Below are positions 60,555-64,000 of a stretch of DNA of 64,000 nucleotides, piece by piece. The notes below the pieces were generated by a model. That model was not told the origin of the DNA and did not search any database. It worked only from the letters and a program-made list of their open reading frames with translations. This DNA is from the human T2T-CHM13v2.0 reference genome, Homo sapiens, in NCBI RefSeq assembly GCF_009914755.1, contig NC_060944.1; one strand, 5' to 3'. The translations under genes were made by a program, and so were the position numbers. The first letter of the stretch is position 1. Each line of letters opens with the position of its first letter.

Positions 60555-62648
60555 TTTCTGTATCTATATTAAATGTAATGTATGTCTCCCCCATTAGTAT
60601 TCAGGATCCATAAAAACTAAGACCATATCTATTCAATTCTATTATATATTATTCAATTTAATATTTGCATTTATTGAAGTAAAAAGGTACTTGAGTACAT
60701 AGAAAAATATTCATTATACATTGTTTTAAAGTGTGTTACTCAACAACATTTACATATTAGCTCAGTTTTGTCCAGGGAGATATATCTGTCTGTATTAAGA
60801 AAAGTAAACCCTAATGGAAAGAAATGTCTCAAAATTTTGTATAATCTCCATGTGGTGGGGTTCATGGTTTCTTTTTACATCCTTTTTTAGTGTTTTTCTG
60901 TATCTTCCAAAATAAAATAATGAAAACATATTTTTTTCATCATTGCTACGAAATGCCATTAAGACGTGAATACCTGCCTTAACTTTTCCACTATATACAG
61001 CAGAAGTTTGAACAGCTCCAGGCACCAGGAACTCTCTAACTCTCAAAAAAAACATCTGGGTCAGCACCTCCAGCCTGCTCATATGACAGCTTTAATAGCT
61101 CATCCCCATAGGGCCTGGTGCTCTCCTAGGTAATATCTTTCATCTATCTTTGGAATATGTGGCCAGAATTAAATGTCATGGTCTTGGGATATTTTGTGTG
61201 ACATATTACAGGCATCCCACTGCACACTCAGTCTGAACCCTAAACTCCCATAATACAGAATACCGTTACCTTGATAGCCACACCTAATTAAGAATGTACA
61301 CTCATCCACTCTTCAAACTACCAGATGCGCCAGCCAGACACAGAGGTCTGTCCTCAGGGAGTTAGAGTCTAATCTATTCAAGACAGTGGGATGGTCTTTC
61401 CCAGCCTGTGGGAGGTCTTTAGATGTCTAAGCTGCCATGGCTTTGGTCAAATGCTTTGGGGTGGGTGCGGGGAAAGTCAAATCCATGTACCAACTATAAA
61501 AGGTAATTAAGGGTTATGTTATTGACTTCTTCCTTCTAAGGGATATTCCTCTGGGCTCAATTTTATTGTGTTTAGTTCATATACAGTCCTATATAAAATA
61601 GTGTGGGTCAAGTTTAAATGGATTCGCTGCTTAACCTTCAAATAAAAAAAATTCAATTAATCAGAGCTCTTGCCTCCTCCATCCCATCGCCACCACCTTT
61701 CCCCCATGCTGTCTGGTTAATCCAAGATTCACAGCACATAGAAACCTTCTGTAGTGAACAGACGGCAGGAGTCAGGTGAGTCTGGGGTCAGGAGATGCTA
61801 TTTCACAGCTATTACGAGATTTGAGATTTGGGGAAAATTACTTTACTCCTCAGAGCCTCAGTGTCCCTGTGTAAAATGACAGTGATCATCTGAATTAAGT
61901 CGCAGGGAAACTGTGAGGACCAATAGAAATTGTGCTTATAAAGGGCTCTAGGAAGATTGTACTGTAAAGGCTATGCAAGAGCAGGTGGTGCTGGCCACGT
62001 GGAAGGGGCTGGAGCTTTCCTCCCAAAATAAATTTCCCTAACAGGGTGTCTGCTCCACCATTATGTCTACAAGTTCAGAAGATTTGTAAATATGGCACCC
62101 ACTCTGATAGGTTCTCTTACAGCTGTGAAGCTTCTTTGGGTCAGGCTCTAAGCTTCCATCCCTTCTCCCTCCCAAGAAACTCCCATACTCTCCCTCCCCA
62201 GTCCATCACTGTTTGGGGTATTGTAAGCTTATTCCAGCAACGGTGCTGGAATAATAGGTTAAATACTGAAAAACAAAGTTGAAACTTCCCTTTATACCAA
62301 AGACCAAAACAAACCCTCTATTAGTTAATGAGCTAAATATAAGACATGAAACCATTAAAAAAGCCAACTTGGTAACAGTTGTTATCACTGAGTGATGCTT
62401 TGTTGGATTCTTTTCATTGTTGTGTGTATATTTTTATGATTTTCCAACTTTTCTCCAGTGCACACATTTGTCTCCACAACATTCATTCATGCATGCAACA
62501 CCTATTTATTGCATCCCTCCAGGTGCCATCCATGATTCCAGGCACTGGTGACCAGAACAGACAAGGTAACGATCCCTGGGGAGTATATAGTCTAATGGAA
62601 AGGGCAAGTAATAAACAAATACACACACAGATAAGTAGACAACTATGA

Positions 62649-62986
<338 letters not shown>

Positions 62987-64000
62987 GTAAACAGTGTTTT
63001 AAATGGTTAAAATGGAGAGTGAGGAGGAGGAAGCTAGACCAACAAGGTCCTTTGCGAAGTGACTTTTAAAGGGACATGTAAAGGGCAATGATGAGTTAAC
63101 TAGTTCACACAAAACTTTTCTGTAAAATATTTATTTTATGCTGTAGAGTGACCAATGAGACTAAAGGGCATATGGAGCATGATTACATGAGAATGAGGTC
63201 AGTGACTAAAAGGGAATAGACACAAGCAAAAAATATATATTTAATTGGAATATGAAATACATTTCCTATTTTCAAAAGGTTACTTTCAAATTTCAAAAAT
63301 GTGCTACCTCTTTTTTTCAAGTATAAAGATGAAGAAGATAAAGAAGTAAAATGGCAGCCACCACCAGAGTAGTTATAGTGGCTGCATCCATTTTCCGCCC
63401 TAAGCCCAGGTGGGAAAAGGGTTGGCTGGAAAAGTTACAAGCTTCTAATGATTAAGAAGCCCCATCAAGGAAAATCTACATGGCCGTGGTGGATGGACAA
63501 CCACTCTCTGGTGGATTCCCATTGACCTTCGAGACCCCCTAACTCCCACTCTCACCTCCTGCTACACCTCATCTCAAGAATCTCAGGATGACTTGTGGCT
63601 CAAGCCAATAGTGGGTGGGATTTAGAAACAACTGACACTCTGGTTTTCCTCTTTTCTGTCAGGCAGAGTCTTTTTCTCTGCACCAAGCCAGGTTTGGGCT
63701 CACTGCTCAGGATAACTCTCCCATTCTTCTCACTGCAGGGAGACCTCTGCGTTCCAGAATGGCCAGCAATGGACAGGGTGCCCTTGGCTTCCTCTGGCTC
63801 AGGCATCATTTTGGCTGAGGCTGCATACCAAGCTCTTGATAGAGTGAGCTTTGTGAACACAGCAAAGGGCTAGCCCCTCAGACTCATGGCAATGAGGATT
63901 TTTGGGGTTTAATGGTGAGGAAGGCCTAGGGCCTAGGTAATGAGAGAGAAACTGAAAAAAGATAGCATACTGTCCTCTTAATATGTTGTACCAGTTAACT

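Overview
Hominoid (human-like) non-coding DNA dominated by transposable elements. No recognisable host protein-coding gene, rRNA, tRNA or CRISPR array is present. The largest feature is a full-length ~6.06 kb L1PA2/young-L1PA3-type LINE-1 (16746-22807, minus strand) inserted inside a THE1 solo LTR. Its ORF1 and ORF2 are disabled by four identifiable lesions, but its antisense ORF0 (71 aa) is intact. The window also holds about 14 Alu/FLAM elements, many with visible target-site duplications, four THE1 LTRs, a MER50 solo LTR, and MLT1, LTR16, LTR33 and MER77-like LTRs. DNA transposons (MER3, MER5, MER58, MER63, MER82) and old L1M/L2/MIR fragments fill much of the rest. The most unexplained signals are two long perfect inverted repeats in apparently unique DNA (42-bp and 32-bp arms), a permuted dispersed duplication, a possible ancient RTE-clade LINE fossil, and several candidate lncRNA exons and enhancer motif clusters. 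I cannot support a new biological system from sequence alone. Repeat subfamily names are by-eye recognitions and need RepeatMasker/Dfam confirmation.
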